Below, in pieces: positions 48,801 to 57,469 of a stretch of DNA of 64,000 nucleotides. The DNA is taken from positions 352,001-416,000 of the forward strand of contig DXJO01000010.1 of assembly GCA_019057475.1 (NCBI GenBank), written 5' to 3'. Source of the stretch: Candidatus Thorarchaeota archaeon. Lineage in GTDB: Archaea > Asgardarchaeota > Thorarchaeia > Thorarchaeales > Thorarchaeaceae. The notes beneath the pieces are model-generated. The model did not search any database, was not told the DNA's origin, and saw only the letters and a list, made by a program, of their open reading frames with translations. A program made the position numbers and the translations under genes. Position 1 is the first letter of the stretch. The number at the start of each line of letters is the position of its first letter.

Positions 48801-49020
48801 ACGTTACTACGAGTCACTGAGAAAGGCTGCCAGTAGTGATTCTACCTCTTTTGTAGACCTCATGGTCACTGCGGTGAAGAAGGCAAGTCCTGAAGGTGCT
48901 GATCTGTCAACCCTGGCAGAGTGGTTCATCCCTCATGTCAGGGACGTACTCGGTGCTCCTGACGACGGAACACTGTTCAGTGACCTTACTGCGCGTGTGA
49001 GAGAGAAGGTCACCGCCTAA
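45823..49020 (+). CDS. Membrane-anchored HerA/VirB4/VirD4-superfamily ATPase (CedB-like architecture)
   Basis: 4 N-terminal TM helices; HIGIYGNTRSGKTTT; LVVLEEASYLL; GLGCMVVEQLP; LRQMRRGETVV. Confidence 0.8.
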   Translation: MIFSIIKPLVKYAIMLIVVVFGAMICALIATIPIRLNPAMPSLLRTLGFWISVLCFGVGMLDLVFRRSMQVMKQSGKIGVAVPFAVLIISIPITLIEVALRIVDPMTLACMVVMAVVSIVFLYDDIVARVNKLRGMTSGESGTYSKPSISSRSRPLSANALAKQSDNILVGAYEVVECPVDYIGGASTADRRELYEPFHTLVRGMAGSKAPVGLRLERIEGRTREFFLTVGLTAAGLTHNMDLLERILAGNLPRFRFKRHNRFTCPTAKIGMTGALAHLTGEPLSVTDTRQSVDPLTVLAESFQHHEDGIMQVFVTPAPQGVVRSLTRAWKGRQYQNKTQQATKTVSKKSSGLFSGGSEESVTTVNVAAASEADRLDREVQRYRAENACELEAIVGYWDDSRRDATQEAHTLMEILRGAVVPADVERDLKITTSRRSEDFQRLVDGKPVGIATLLLPEEASMFLTLPRCDLGIVTSRRESFSTATTPVPAPLEDAISPGEGSVTASQKSGRSRYEMKQPYPNRRGGVILGNPIRKSGDAIAGKFIWFRHQQFESHIGIYGNTRSGKTTTALSVAAQAINCGIRTLMLIPRKGGDWVRLSYMKPEIWVFTAGNQGGTQFRKNIFIPPTGVQLTRWIAELVKIFSAWLPNDRVMSMHFDDIFHTIYRNCGWNQDTNVQGRPPLLKDFWDAVEEVCIDFQYSDELKSNFYGALYSRMSSMLRNHGIVDMYNTTEGITWEELVENDVIIIMEDLPEADMALLTSILLAGVHLYKIAHPTEMITNLVVLEEASYLLKRSTGHDIYGPDVHEVMSRGIVDMFTTGGGNGLGCMVVEQLPVRLVKDVFKLIVNVIVHAMADEDERRLVGGHIGVDEKQLDHLRQMRRGETVVHLEGQGVPQSVKIMPLDIFLEAPLPKKPLTNEMIRDVMRPIYEKHPNLASVEELPSEIIARIERAKPSAEESTKEVQRERVHLSIERILDPDAKTRLSHLVENHRFSKRYYESLRKAASSDSTSFVDLMVTAVKKASPEGADLSTLAEWFIPHVRDVLGAPDDGTLFSDLTARVREKVTA

Positions 49021-49034
49021 CAGAGGGACTGACC

Positions 49035-52000
49035 TTGAGAAGAGGGGACTACGAGGGGGGGAATGAGGGTAGGGAGCGGAGGTCACATCACGAAGAGGGA
49101 GAGAGCAGCGAACACCATGAGCGGAGCGAGTCAAACAACTTGATGGATGAGATAGAGAGGGATCTGGAGTCAGGAGAGAAACGAACAACCGATGCAGACG
49201 AGCTAATGGATGATATTGTACGAGAACTTGAGGGTAGATCAGAGATAGAGGAACTAATGGACGAGATAGAGAGAGACCTTGAGGGAGAGCAAGAAGCCAG
49301 GGAAACAACCGAAGCGGAGCAGCTAATGGATGAGGTCAAAAAGGAGCTAGAAGACGACAGAGAAACTGTAGAGAGTGTCGAAGACAGACTTGACGAGTTC
49401 GAGGAGGATATCCTTGAGAACTTCGAGAAATACGGCATCGATGGCGACGAGGTGATGGAGCGCTGGCGTGAGAGATTCGTAGAAGATGTGGAGGAAGAGC
49501 TTGAGAATGATTCTGCGTCCGACCAACCCGATGAGTCAGCGGAAGTATCTGATGATGCAGCTGACTCTGAGATGACTGAGGCCGCTGAGTCCTACTCGCA
49601 TTCGGAGTCTGGCGATGGCACAGTACAGATATTGAAGAGTGAGGGCCATTCAGAGACTACAGAATCCGTAGGCGAATCTGAGGAACACAAGGCAGAGATG
49701 GAGCCTCAGGCAGAATCTGACTCAAGTGTGGAAGGCGAGAAGGACCGCGCGGTCGAAGAGAGCAACCAGAAGGAAGGATTGGAATCTCCCGAAACTGAGA
49801 AACAGATAGCGCAAGAGACTGAGTCTGAAACATCTGAGAATAGCGCGCAACATGAATTGAAACGCGACTCGAAAGAGAGCATTCCGGAAACGAGCGAGGA
49901 CGCGCAAGCAAGGCAGCAGACATCGGAAACGGTTTCAGAGTCATCTGAGGAGAAAGCAGAAGCCGCAGAACAGAAGGAAGAGCAAGCCGAGGGTATCGAG
50001 TCACACAGCGTACGAGTGGAATGCGAAGAACTGGCTGAAGAAGAGGTTGAGGACACTCAGACTGAAGGCCATCTCAACGAGTCTGAAGAAGAAGGCGAGG
50101 TAATACAGGACTCTGACTCCGAGAATATGCAAGAATGGAAGGAAGATGGCGAGAGCGAGGAACTAGCAGACTCCGAACATCTCGAAGAACCAGATTCGAC
50201 GCAAAGCACCTTGGAATCCTATCATGAAGTTTTGGAGGAGAATATCTCACCTGACGCAGAAGAGCTTGATGAGGACGAAGAAGTGGACGAGCGGGTGGTA
50301 TCTGACGACGAGCGGCTGACGGGAATGCTTGACTCACCCTATCCACATGTCTACGTCGATGAAACTGGGTTCTTTGCAGAAACTGAGGAGCAGAGATGGA
50401 GGCGCAAGCTGATTGAGTTGTATAATGAGCTTCCTGAGGAGATGAAGCAGCTATACCGCGAGCTTGTAAAGGCCACGCTGGAGTCAGAGGAAGGGCTTGA
50501 GAAGCTTCTTGACACGTTTCCTGAGCTTAGGGATCAGGAGGAGTATGAGGAGAAGCATGAGGACGCATTAGAGTATGTCAGGTTCAGGCAGAAACTTCAG
50601 GAACTTGAGCTTCTTGGAACTCCGGAAGAAACTACTGCAGAGGAACTCGCTCTCGAGCTGGACATAGACCAAGAAACTGTCGAGAAGTGGTTGAATGATG
50701 ATTACGACTCGTTTCCAAAGCTCATTCAACAGGTCTGGAACCAAGAGATAGAACGACGGTGGGGGACTGTACTCCGAGCCATCGCAAATCGTGATGTGCC
50801 ATATGACATGAGTGAGGTCAACGAGATCCTAAAACGGTTTCCAGAGCTGAAGAGGAAGCGGTGCTTCGGATGGCACTATGACGAAGTCAAGGCGTGGACT
50901 GAGGTCATGGCAGCAAAGAAACATGGCAAGATTACCACGCTCATTATTCAAGGTAAGGAACGGTTCAAGGTAGATGAAGTCGAGGAGCTGGCTAAGAGGT
51001 TTAGTTTCACTGTTGACAAGGTGGTTCGTTGGCTCAGAGATGAGAGCCGCCCCCGGCTAGTTGACGTATTGACTGAAAAAAAACTGCGGTTGCGGTCAAA
51101 GCAGAATGGGACGATACAAGAACCAACGATTGTTCAGGAAGCCAGCACATTCGAGGATTGGATTCAAAGGGAGCTTGGGGATTTCGCGGGGTTGCTGAAT
51201 GACAAGCAAATCAAGAGAATACATGAAGTCCACGCGATTTCTTCCTTTGTAGATCCAAAGTATGAGAATTCGCAATACAGTGCGGAGTCGGATTCGACCA
51301 TTGATGAGTCAAGGAGGAACATTCTCCGAAGCAAAGAAGACCTGGATGAAGCGATTGAGGCGAACCCCGGCATCCGAGAGTTTAAGGATTTCGCGAAGAC
51401 GTACCACGATGCGTTGGCATACATCAGGCTTCGAATCATGCTCGAATCTGAAGCCACAGGTGCATTGACGCAGAATGAGATTGCGGAGATACTTGGCACA
51501 CGGCAGACTCGTGTGAGCAAGTGGATGCTTGGACAAGCAACTCCTAGAATCATACGCTCAATAGAAGGTCATCCAAGATTTGAAACAGATTTTGCCCCAG
51601 CTATCGAGTCGTTCAGTGATGTGATAGGGCTTATCAAGCACATTCCACATATCATTGATTCAAAGCGCTTCTCGGAACGGCTCCTTCAGAGCTGGCTATA
51701 CCACGAGTTCAAACAGCAAGACAAGAATGGGAATCTCGCAGAGTACTCGAACAAGGAGTTATCGCGTATTTTCGGAGTATCCAAGAGAGCTATCTGGTGC
51801 TGGAGAACATCGAAAACAAGACCTATCTTGGATAACATGTTATCGACGCAAGAGCGAGCTCGCCGAAAACATGAGGCAAGCTTGCAGTCAAAGGCGAGAG
51901 AACTTCGCATTGACCCCTCACTTGTTTACGAATCATTCAGAGGTCTTAAGAAGAGTAAGGACCGCACGCTCCAATCTATTGCTGAATCAATCCGGGAACT

Positions 52001-53408
52001 CATCGAGAGGGCTGAGCCATCAACTCGCGTCTTCTTTGCTGAGCTTCGTCCATACCATCAATCGGGTCCCAACTGGCTGAATGCGATTGCTGATGACATA
52101 GCGGCGCAAGAAGGGAAAATTGAGATTTTGCTAAACGAGTCATTGAGAGAAGTAATAGGGCCTGACGAACGACTTCAGATTGGCGTAGTTGGTCGCACTC
52201 TCTATGTTTGGTGCCATAGAACAAATCAATTAAACTGGGCTAACCTCTATTCAGACGAGCTCTTCTACTTCGATATGAAATACAAGAGAGAACTAGTCAA
52301 GCGTATGCGTTCAGCTCTTAGCATTTCTGGCAATGTTAGGCTTGCCTCACTAGTGGAAAGAATATGCAATCATTACTCAGATGGCAGGCTGCGGCGCAAC
52401 CCCACGTCTGACTTCTTGGTAGTAGATATACCCTACATCAGTGGTGAAGCATTGCATTTCTTAATCGATACTATTGGTGTGAGTCTGGACAGCTTGCCTG
52501 TTAGGCAGATAGGCACCAATAGGAACGACGGTCAGATCATCAACCCCAAGTTTCCACGAAACATTGGCCAAATCATCGCACAGCTCTATGCAATAGTCGT
52601 AAGTGATGGCCACATAGACAACCAGTGCTCGGTCTACTACAGAGAAAAGCGACCGGCAAGGCTTGAGATAGTAAGACGATTGTTCTGTCAGCTTGGAGAT
52701 GTCGCCTACAGATACCTAGAAGAAATCAATGGGACTGGGGGTTTGTATTTTCCGCCAGTAATCGGTCGAATGCTTGCAAAGGTTGGGATGCCAATTGGGA
52801 ACAAAACGAACATCAATATGGGATTGCCGTCGTTCATACTGAAGAATCCCAAATCCTATGGTCGTGACCATCTACGAGAGGTCATCCCAGAAGACGGCTC
52901 TTTCCAATTCTCAAGACCATGTTTCTCTATCAGTCGTGCAGCACTTCTCCACATCCCAGACAGTAGTCCAATGATTACTCCTGAAGAAATTGAATTAATT
53001 CACAGTCATGGATCTCCCCTAACTCTGAAATTCCCTGATAACCACAGAGATGCCATTTCCATAACTTTTCGCTGTCTTTATGACCTTTCTAAAACGAATA
53101 AAAACGCGAACAAACTGTATCAACGGATTCTCCAGACAAGGAATCGCCTACTCGATGATGAAGGTCGAATCTGCAAGGCAAATGGTATTGACACAAAGAT
53201 ACGCCCAAGTCGAGTGTATTTGCATAAGGATACAGGCAAAATAACAGTAATTTGGCGTTTGAGAACAAGAACACTTCAAGATGCAATGAGATGGGCTATT
53301 CTGGCTCCCCCTCATGATGTATATAAGCGCTCATTGATTGAAAGATTCATAAATGCACGACAGGACATCCGCGACCAAGTGCAAGGTCAACTCAGAGAAG
53401 AAGGATAG
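49035..53408 (+). CDS. 1457-aa protein: acidic disordered N-terminus, four HTH-containing repeats, C-terminal LAGLIDADG-like endonuclease domain
   Basis: HTH e.g. TQNEIAEILGTRQTRVSKW...P; LAGLIDADG-like LYAIVVSDGHI and HLREVIPEDGSF with intervening G.K....LPSFI. Confidence 0.7.
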   Translation: MRRGDYEGGNEGRERRSHHEEGESSEHHERSESNNLMDEIERDLESGEKRTTDADELMDDIVRELEGRSEIEELMDEIERDLEGEQEARETTEAEQLMDEVKKELEDDRETVESVEDRLDEFEEDILENFEKYGIDGDEVMERWRERFVEDVEEELENDSASDQPDESAEVSDDAADSEMTEAAESYSHSESGDGTVQILKSEGHSETTESVGESEEHKAEMEPQAESDSSVEGEKDRAVEESNQKEGLESPETEKQIAQETESETSENSAQHELKRDSKESIPETSEDAQARQQTSETVSESSEEKAEAAEQKEEQAEGIESHSVRVECEELAEEEVEDTQTEGHLNESEEEGEVIQDSDSENMQEWKEDGESEELADSEHLEEPDSTQSTLESYHEVLEENISPDAEELDEDEEVDERVVSDDERLTGMLDSPYPHVYVDETGFFAETEEQRWRRKLIELYNELPEEMKQLYRELVKATLESEEGLEKLLDTFPELRDQEEYEEKHEDALEYVRFRQKLQELELLGTPEETTAEELALELDIDQETVEKWLNDDYDSFPKLIQQVWNQEIERRWGTVLRAIANRDVPYDMSEVNEILKRFPELKRKRCFGWHYDEVKAWTEVMAAKKHGKITTLIIQGKERFKVDEVEELAKRFSFTVDKVVRWLRDESRPRLVDVLTEKKLRLRSKQNGTIQEPTIVQEASTFEDWIQRELGDFAGLLNDKQIKRIHEVHAISSFVDPKYENSQYSAESDSTIDESRRNILRSKEDLDEAIEANPGIREFKDFAKTYHDALAYIRLRIMLESEATGALTQNEIAEILGTRQTRVSKWMLGQATPRIIRSIEGHPRFETDFAPAIESFSDVIGLIKHIPHIIDSKRFSERLLQSWLYHEFKQQDKNGNLAEYSNKELSRIFGVSKRAIWCWRTSKTRPILDNMLSTQERARRKHEASLQSKARELRIDPSLVYESFRGLKKSKDRTLQSIAESIRELIERAEPSTRVFFAELRPYHQSGPNWLNAIADDIAAQEGKIEILLNESLREVIGPDERLQIGVVGRTLYVWCHRTNQLNWANLYSDELFYFDMKYKRELVKRMRSALSISGNVRLASLVERICNHYSDGRLRRNPTSDFLVVDIPYISGEALHFLIDTIGVSLDSLPVRQIGTNRNDGQIINPKFPRNIGQIIAQLYAIVVSDGHIDNQCSVYYREKRPARLEIVRRLFCQLGDVAYRYLEEINGTGGLYFPPVIGRMLAKVGMPIGNKTNINMGLPSFILKNPKSYGRDHLREVIPEDGSFQFSRPCFSISRAALLHIPDSSPMITPEEIELIHSHGSPLTLKFPDNHRDAISITFRCLYDLSKTNKNANKLYQRILQTRNRLLDDEGRICKANGIDTKIRPSRVYLHKDTGKITVIWRLRTRTLQDAMRWAILAPPHDVYKRSLIERFINARQDIRDQVQGQLREEG
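49140..49352 (+). repeat. Four imperfect coding repeats LMD(E/D)(I/V)xx(D/E)LE
   Basis: LMDEIERDLE, LMDDIVRELE, LMDEIERDLE, LMDEVKKELE; visible in DNA as (C/T)T(A/G)ATGGAYGA. Confidence 0.75.
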
Positions 53409-53450
53409 TGTTTGATAGGTTGATAAGTTATCCTCTTGATGATTTCCAAT

Positions 53451-54508
53451 GCACGTTCATCTTTCCGCCGAAGCCATCCATGCGCCTTATCACTGACACA
53501 TTCAAATTCTGTTCGCAGAGCATGCCGCTTTGGAATACGATCTCCATATCCGGTTATCATATCCGAGAGGCCGGCTCGACGGCCGTGCAGGAAATCGCTT
53601 TCACGCTAGCCAACGGGGTTGCCTACGTTGACGCCGCTGTCAAGGTCGGTCTCGACGTAGATTCATTCGCATCTCGATTATCTTTCTTCTTTGGTTCGCA
53701 TAGTGATTTCTTTGAAGAGATTGCCAAGTTTCGGGCAGCTCGAAGGCTTTGGGCTAGGATAATGCGCAATAGGTTCGGCGCAAAGGACGACAACTCTTGC
53801 AGAATGAGGTTTCATACTCAAACAGCTGGTTGTACGTTGACCGCGCAACAGCCGGATAACAACGTTGTGCGTGTGACTCTTCAAGCCCTGCAGGGCGTGT
53901 TGGGTGGAACACAGTCGCGCCACACGAACTCTAGGGATGAAGCATTGTCGCTCCCGACGGAGCAGTCAGTTCAAATCGCACTTAGGACTCAGCAGATAAT
54001 CGCTTACGAGACCGGAGTGGGTGACACAATCGACCCGCTAGCCGGCTCCTACTTCATTGAACACTTGACTGATGAAGTAGAGAAGAGAGCAATGGAGTAC
54101 ATTACGAAAATTGATGATATGGGCGGCGCCCCTGCTGCAATCGAGAAGGGATTCATCCAAAGAGAAATCAACGACAGTGCCTATAAGTTCCAACAGGCCG
54201 TTGATAATAACACAAGAGTCGTAGTGGGACTCAATAGGTTCACCGTGGAGGAGGAGCAACAGTTCGACTATCTGAGAGTGGACCCAGCAGCAGAAGCAGA
54301 GCAGATTCGGCGATTGCAAGAGATGAAAGAGGGACGTGACCAAGCGGCTGCTGAAAAGACGCTTGAAGCGATGAGGTCTGCTGCAGAAAGTAATAGTAAC
54401 CTAATGCCCCTGATTCTTGATGCTGCCAAGGCTTACGCGACTCTAGGCGAGATGTGTGGAGTGTTGCGTGAGGTCTTCGGTGAATACAGAGCGCCAGACA
54501 TATTGTAG
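53451..54508 (+). pseudogene. 5'-truncated second methylmalonyl-CoA mutase substrate-binding subunit
   Basis: Homology starts abruptly at TFIFPPKPSMR (equivalent to [11 protein letters not shown], about residue 205 of the intact copy); also QSRHTN for the conserved QSLHTN. Confidence 0.85.
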
Positions 54509-54520
54509 GGAGAGAGAAAC

Positions 54521-54931
54521 GTGCCAATCGACAAGTTGGACCACATCGGAATTGCAGTGAAGAGCATTGAAGAGGGTCTCAAGTATTATCGAGATGTGCT
54601 TGGGATGGAGTATTTGGGCGAGGAAGAAGTAACCGAACAGAAGGTGCGTGTGGCATTCCTCAAGCTTGGTGAGAGTCGGATAGAGCTTCTTGAACCAACC
54701 TCTTCGGACAGTCCGGTAGCGAAGTTCCTTGAAAAGCGAGGCGCGGGTATTCATCACATCGCAGTTCTAGTTGATGATATCGAAGCCGCCCTGAGTGGCC
54801 ATCGCAAAGCTGGGACCCGTCTTATTGACGAAACGCCCCGAGTTGGTGCACATAGTATGCTAATTGGTTTTGTTCACCCGAAATCTACTGGTGGGGTTCT
54901 CCTTGAACTATGCCAACGCCCACATGAGTAA
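54521..54931 (+). CDS. mce: Methylmalonyl-CoA epimerase
   Basis: LDHIGIAV, EQKVRVAF, IELLEP, GIHHIA, FVHPKSTGGVLLEL. Confidence 0.93.
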   Translation: MPIDKLDHIGIAVKSIEEGLKYYRDVLGMEYLGEEEVTEQKVRVAFLKLGESRIELLEPTSSDSPVAKFLEKRGAGIHHIAVLVDDIEAALSGHRKAGTRLIDETPRVGAHSMLIGFVHPKSTGGVLLELCQRPHE

Positions 54932-54957
54932 GCGCGGAGCGCGAACCAGAACTATCT

Positions 54958-56007
54958 TCAGATTCTGACAGGATTAAGAATTTCCTCCGCCGCACTGGTT
55001 ACCCTCGATAGATCCTCCCGCTCCACCATTCTGTTGAGAACAAATCTAACGCGCTTTCCGTACTCTCCGTAGACGAGGATCCCTTGTTTCTTTAACTCCT
55101 CAGAGAATTTTTCAGCGTTGATGCTGAAGTCGTTAAGATGCACGAAAATGATGTTAGTTTCGGGTTCGTCAACGATGAGGCCATCTATCTTCGAAAACGC
55201 CTTGTAGAGAATCTTTGCATTGGCATGGTCGTCTGCCAATCGGTCGACCATCCTTTCAAGAGCCACAATGCCTGGCGCTGCTATCAAGCCTACCTGCCTC
55301 ATTCCGCCACCAAGCCGTTTTCTGACTCTTCGGGCAGCGTGGATGAACTCCTCTGAACCTGCAATCATGGACCCTATCGGCGCAGAGAGACCCTTGCTAA
55401 GGCAGATTTGAACGCTCTCAACATCCTCTACGAGTTTCTTCGCCGGAACGTCAAGGGCAACTGCGGCGTTAAACAACCTCGCGCCGTCACAATGCACAAG
55501 AAGCCCATTGTCATGAGCGACATCTGCAAGGGCTTTGACCTGTTCTGGTCGCGTGATTGTGCCTCCTGCATAATTGTGGGTGTTCTCAACCACAACCATC
55601 GATGTTCTTGCGTAATGAGTATCATCAGGGCTTACAACTGACTGTAGGGTCTTGGGCAGAATGTAACCACGAACTCCCTTCACAGGCTTGGGGAACAAGC
55701 CCCCCAGTGATGCCATCGAACCAGCTTCAAAGAGGTATGTATGGGACTGCTCTTCCACTACAATCTCATCTCCTCTTCTTGTCTGCGCTAGGAGAGCGAT
55801 GACATTGCCCTGTGTTCCTGAAGTGACCAGCAGCGAAGACTCCTTTCCTAGAATCCGCGCAGCCTTATCTTCGAGCTCGTGGACGACCTCATCCTCGCCG
55901 ATGACATCATCGCCGAACCTACCTTCCCTATGTGCAGACACAATCGCTTCGATCATCTCGTCCGTCGGAAGAGTCACAGTGTCACTTCGAAGGTCGATAG
56001 TCTTCAT
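54958..56007 (-). CDS. ltaE: Low-specificity L-threonine aldolase
   Basis: IDLRSDTVT, GDDV, SGTQGN, ENTHN, HCDGARLFNA, CLSKGLSAPIGS, GGGMRQ. Confidence 0.93.
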   Translation of the reverse strand: MKTIDLRSDTVTLPTDEMIEAIVSAHREGRFGDDVIGEDEVVHELEDKAARILGKESSLLVTSGTQGNVIALLAQTRRGDEIVVEEQSHTYLFEAGSMASLGGLFPKPVKGVRGYILPKTLQSVVSPDDTHYARTSMVVVENTHNYAGGTITRPEQVKALADVAHDNGLLVHCDGARLFNAAVALDVPAKKLVEDVESVQICLSKGLSAPIGSMIAGSEEFIHAARRVRKRLGGGMRQVGLIAAPGIVALERMVDRLADDHANAKILYKAFSKIDGLIVDEPETNIIFVHLNDFSINAEKFSEELKKQGILVYGEYGKRVRFVLNRMVEREDLSRVTSAAEEILNPVRI

Positions 56008-56182
56008 GATTGCCGTTGGAACTAATTTCTCGGTTTAGTCTTTCGGTGCACTGACCCATGAATGGTAAAATCTCCTGCAAGGGCTGTCTAGATTGGAGTC
56101 GCTATGTGCTATATCAGGAACGCATAAAGGCGATACCGATTGTTGGTCCCTCCACACACTTCTGAAATTAGGGGATAATCCG

Positions 56183-57469
56183 GTGACAGAGAATGAAGAG
56201 CTTGGATACATAGGCAAGGTGCGGCTCTTCAATGCAGATGCCAGGCTCTTCATCGCATTCAATGCAACGCGTGCATTCTCTTGGAGCATGGGCGGAGTCA
56301 TCTTCAATCTCTACATGATTGAGGCTGGCTTTGAAGCCGACTTTCTCGGTGTATTCCTGGCTGTCGCGATGTTTGCCACCGCAGGCGTTTCCATCGTTGC
56401 AGGATTGTTTACCGACAGGCGAAGCAGGAAGAATATAATACTCGTATCAACTGTGGTTTCGTTTTTCGCCATCGCCCTTCAGTATGTGGTGCTCGATGCG
56501 TCTTGGCTTTTAATCTCACAGGCTCTTCTCGGTTTCTCTAGCGCATTCATTATGGTTGCTTGGTCTCCGTACGTGACGGGCTTGTCAACATCTGAGGAGC
56601 GCGCCCACCTGTTCGGATTCAGCAGCGGCATTGCATTGCTTGCCATTCTTGCGGGCAGTGTCTTAGGCGGTTATCTGCCACATCTCCTTATGGAGCTACA
56701 GGGTGTTGCTCCCACACTCTTCTGGGCTTATAGGAAGACCCTCTGGCTTAGCCTCTTACCCCTAGCGGTTTCAACTCTGATTGTCGTGCCAATGACACGC
56801 GACCGTCCCGCAGGCATTACTCGAAGCTTTAGTGTTGGTCACATCAAGAATTCGAGGTTCATCGCAAAGTACGCAGCCACTGTCACAGTTGTTGGGATGG
56901 GTGCTGGGATTATTGTCATGTACTTCAACCTGTTCTTTTCATGGTGGGGCGCAGACTCTAGTCTCATTGGTATGGTCTTTGGGCTCAACATTCTCATGCT
57001 CTCGGCTGGCAACTTCCTAGCGCCAGCTATGGCTGACCGCATCGGCAAGGTGAAGACCGTTGTAATCACCGAGGCTCTTTCGATACCATTTCTATTGATG
57101 CTTTATTGGTCACCTTTCTTCAGCTTGGCAGTCCTGGCATACATTGCAAGGGGCACGCTCATGAATATGGCTGGACCCATTTCCAGCGCCTTCTTCATGG
57201 AAGGGCTTACTAAGGATGAGCGGTCCACTGCAATGGGTGTTGTCGGAACGGGTGACCGATTCGTTCGAGGCGTGGGTGCCATTATCGGTGGATGGTTTCT
57301 TGCAGCTGGGCTGTACAAAGAACCCTATTTGTTAGTGTCAGGACTCTACATTCTATCAGTTGTCATGTTCTACTATTTCTTCAAGAACAAGGAACAGGAG
57401 ATTGAAGCAATCACGAAAGTCAAAGTCACACTGGCGGAAGAAACCGAAGCCACTTCAGATATCATCTGA
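56183..57469 (+). CDS. MFS transporter
   Basis: About 12 TM helices; motif A GLFTDRRSRK and MADRIGK; start GTG 56183. Confidence 0.88.
   Translation: MTENEELGYIGKVRLFNADARLFIAFNATRAFSWSMGGVIFNLYMIEAGFEADFLGVFLAVAMFATAGVSIVAGLFTDRRSRKNIILVSTVVSFFAIALQYVVLDASWLLISQALLGFSSAFIMVAWSPYVTGLSTSEERAHLFGFSSGIALLAILAGSVLGGYLPHLLMELQGVAPTLFWAYRKTLWLSLLPLAVSTLIVVPMTRDRPAGITRSFSVGHIKNSRFIAKYAATVTVVGMGAGIIVMYFNLFFSWWGADSSLIGMVFGLNILMLSAGNFLAPAMADRIGKVKTVVITEALSIPFLLMLYWSPFFSLAVLAYIARGTLMNMAGPISSAFFMEGLTKDERSTAMGVVGTGDRFVRGVGAIIGGWFLAAGLYKEPYLLVSGLYILSVVMFYYFFKNKEQEIEAITKVKVTLAEETEATSDII

Noticed and set aside
52500-53408. LAGLIDADG domain as part of an intein in the adjacent mutase
   Set aside because: The ORF ends in its own stop, has no HN-C/S/T junction or Hint motifs, and is in a different frame from the mutase remnant.
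53408-53450. GTG start at 53408 giving an intact 366-aa mutase
   Set aside because: The first ~14 codons are non-homologous AT-rich sequence, and essential N-terminal barrel motifs (RQY, FDLPTQ, QND) are missing.
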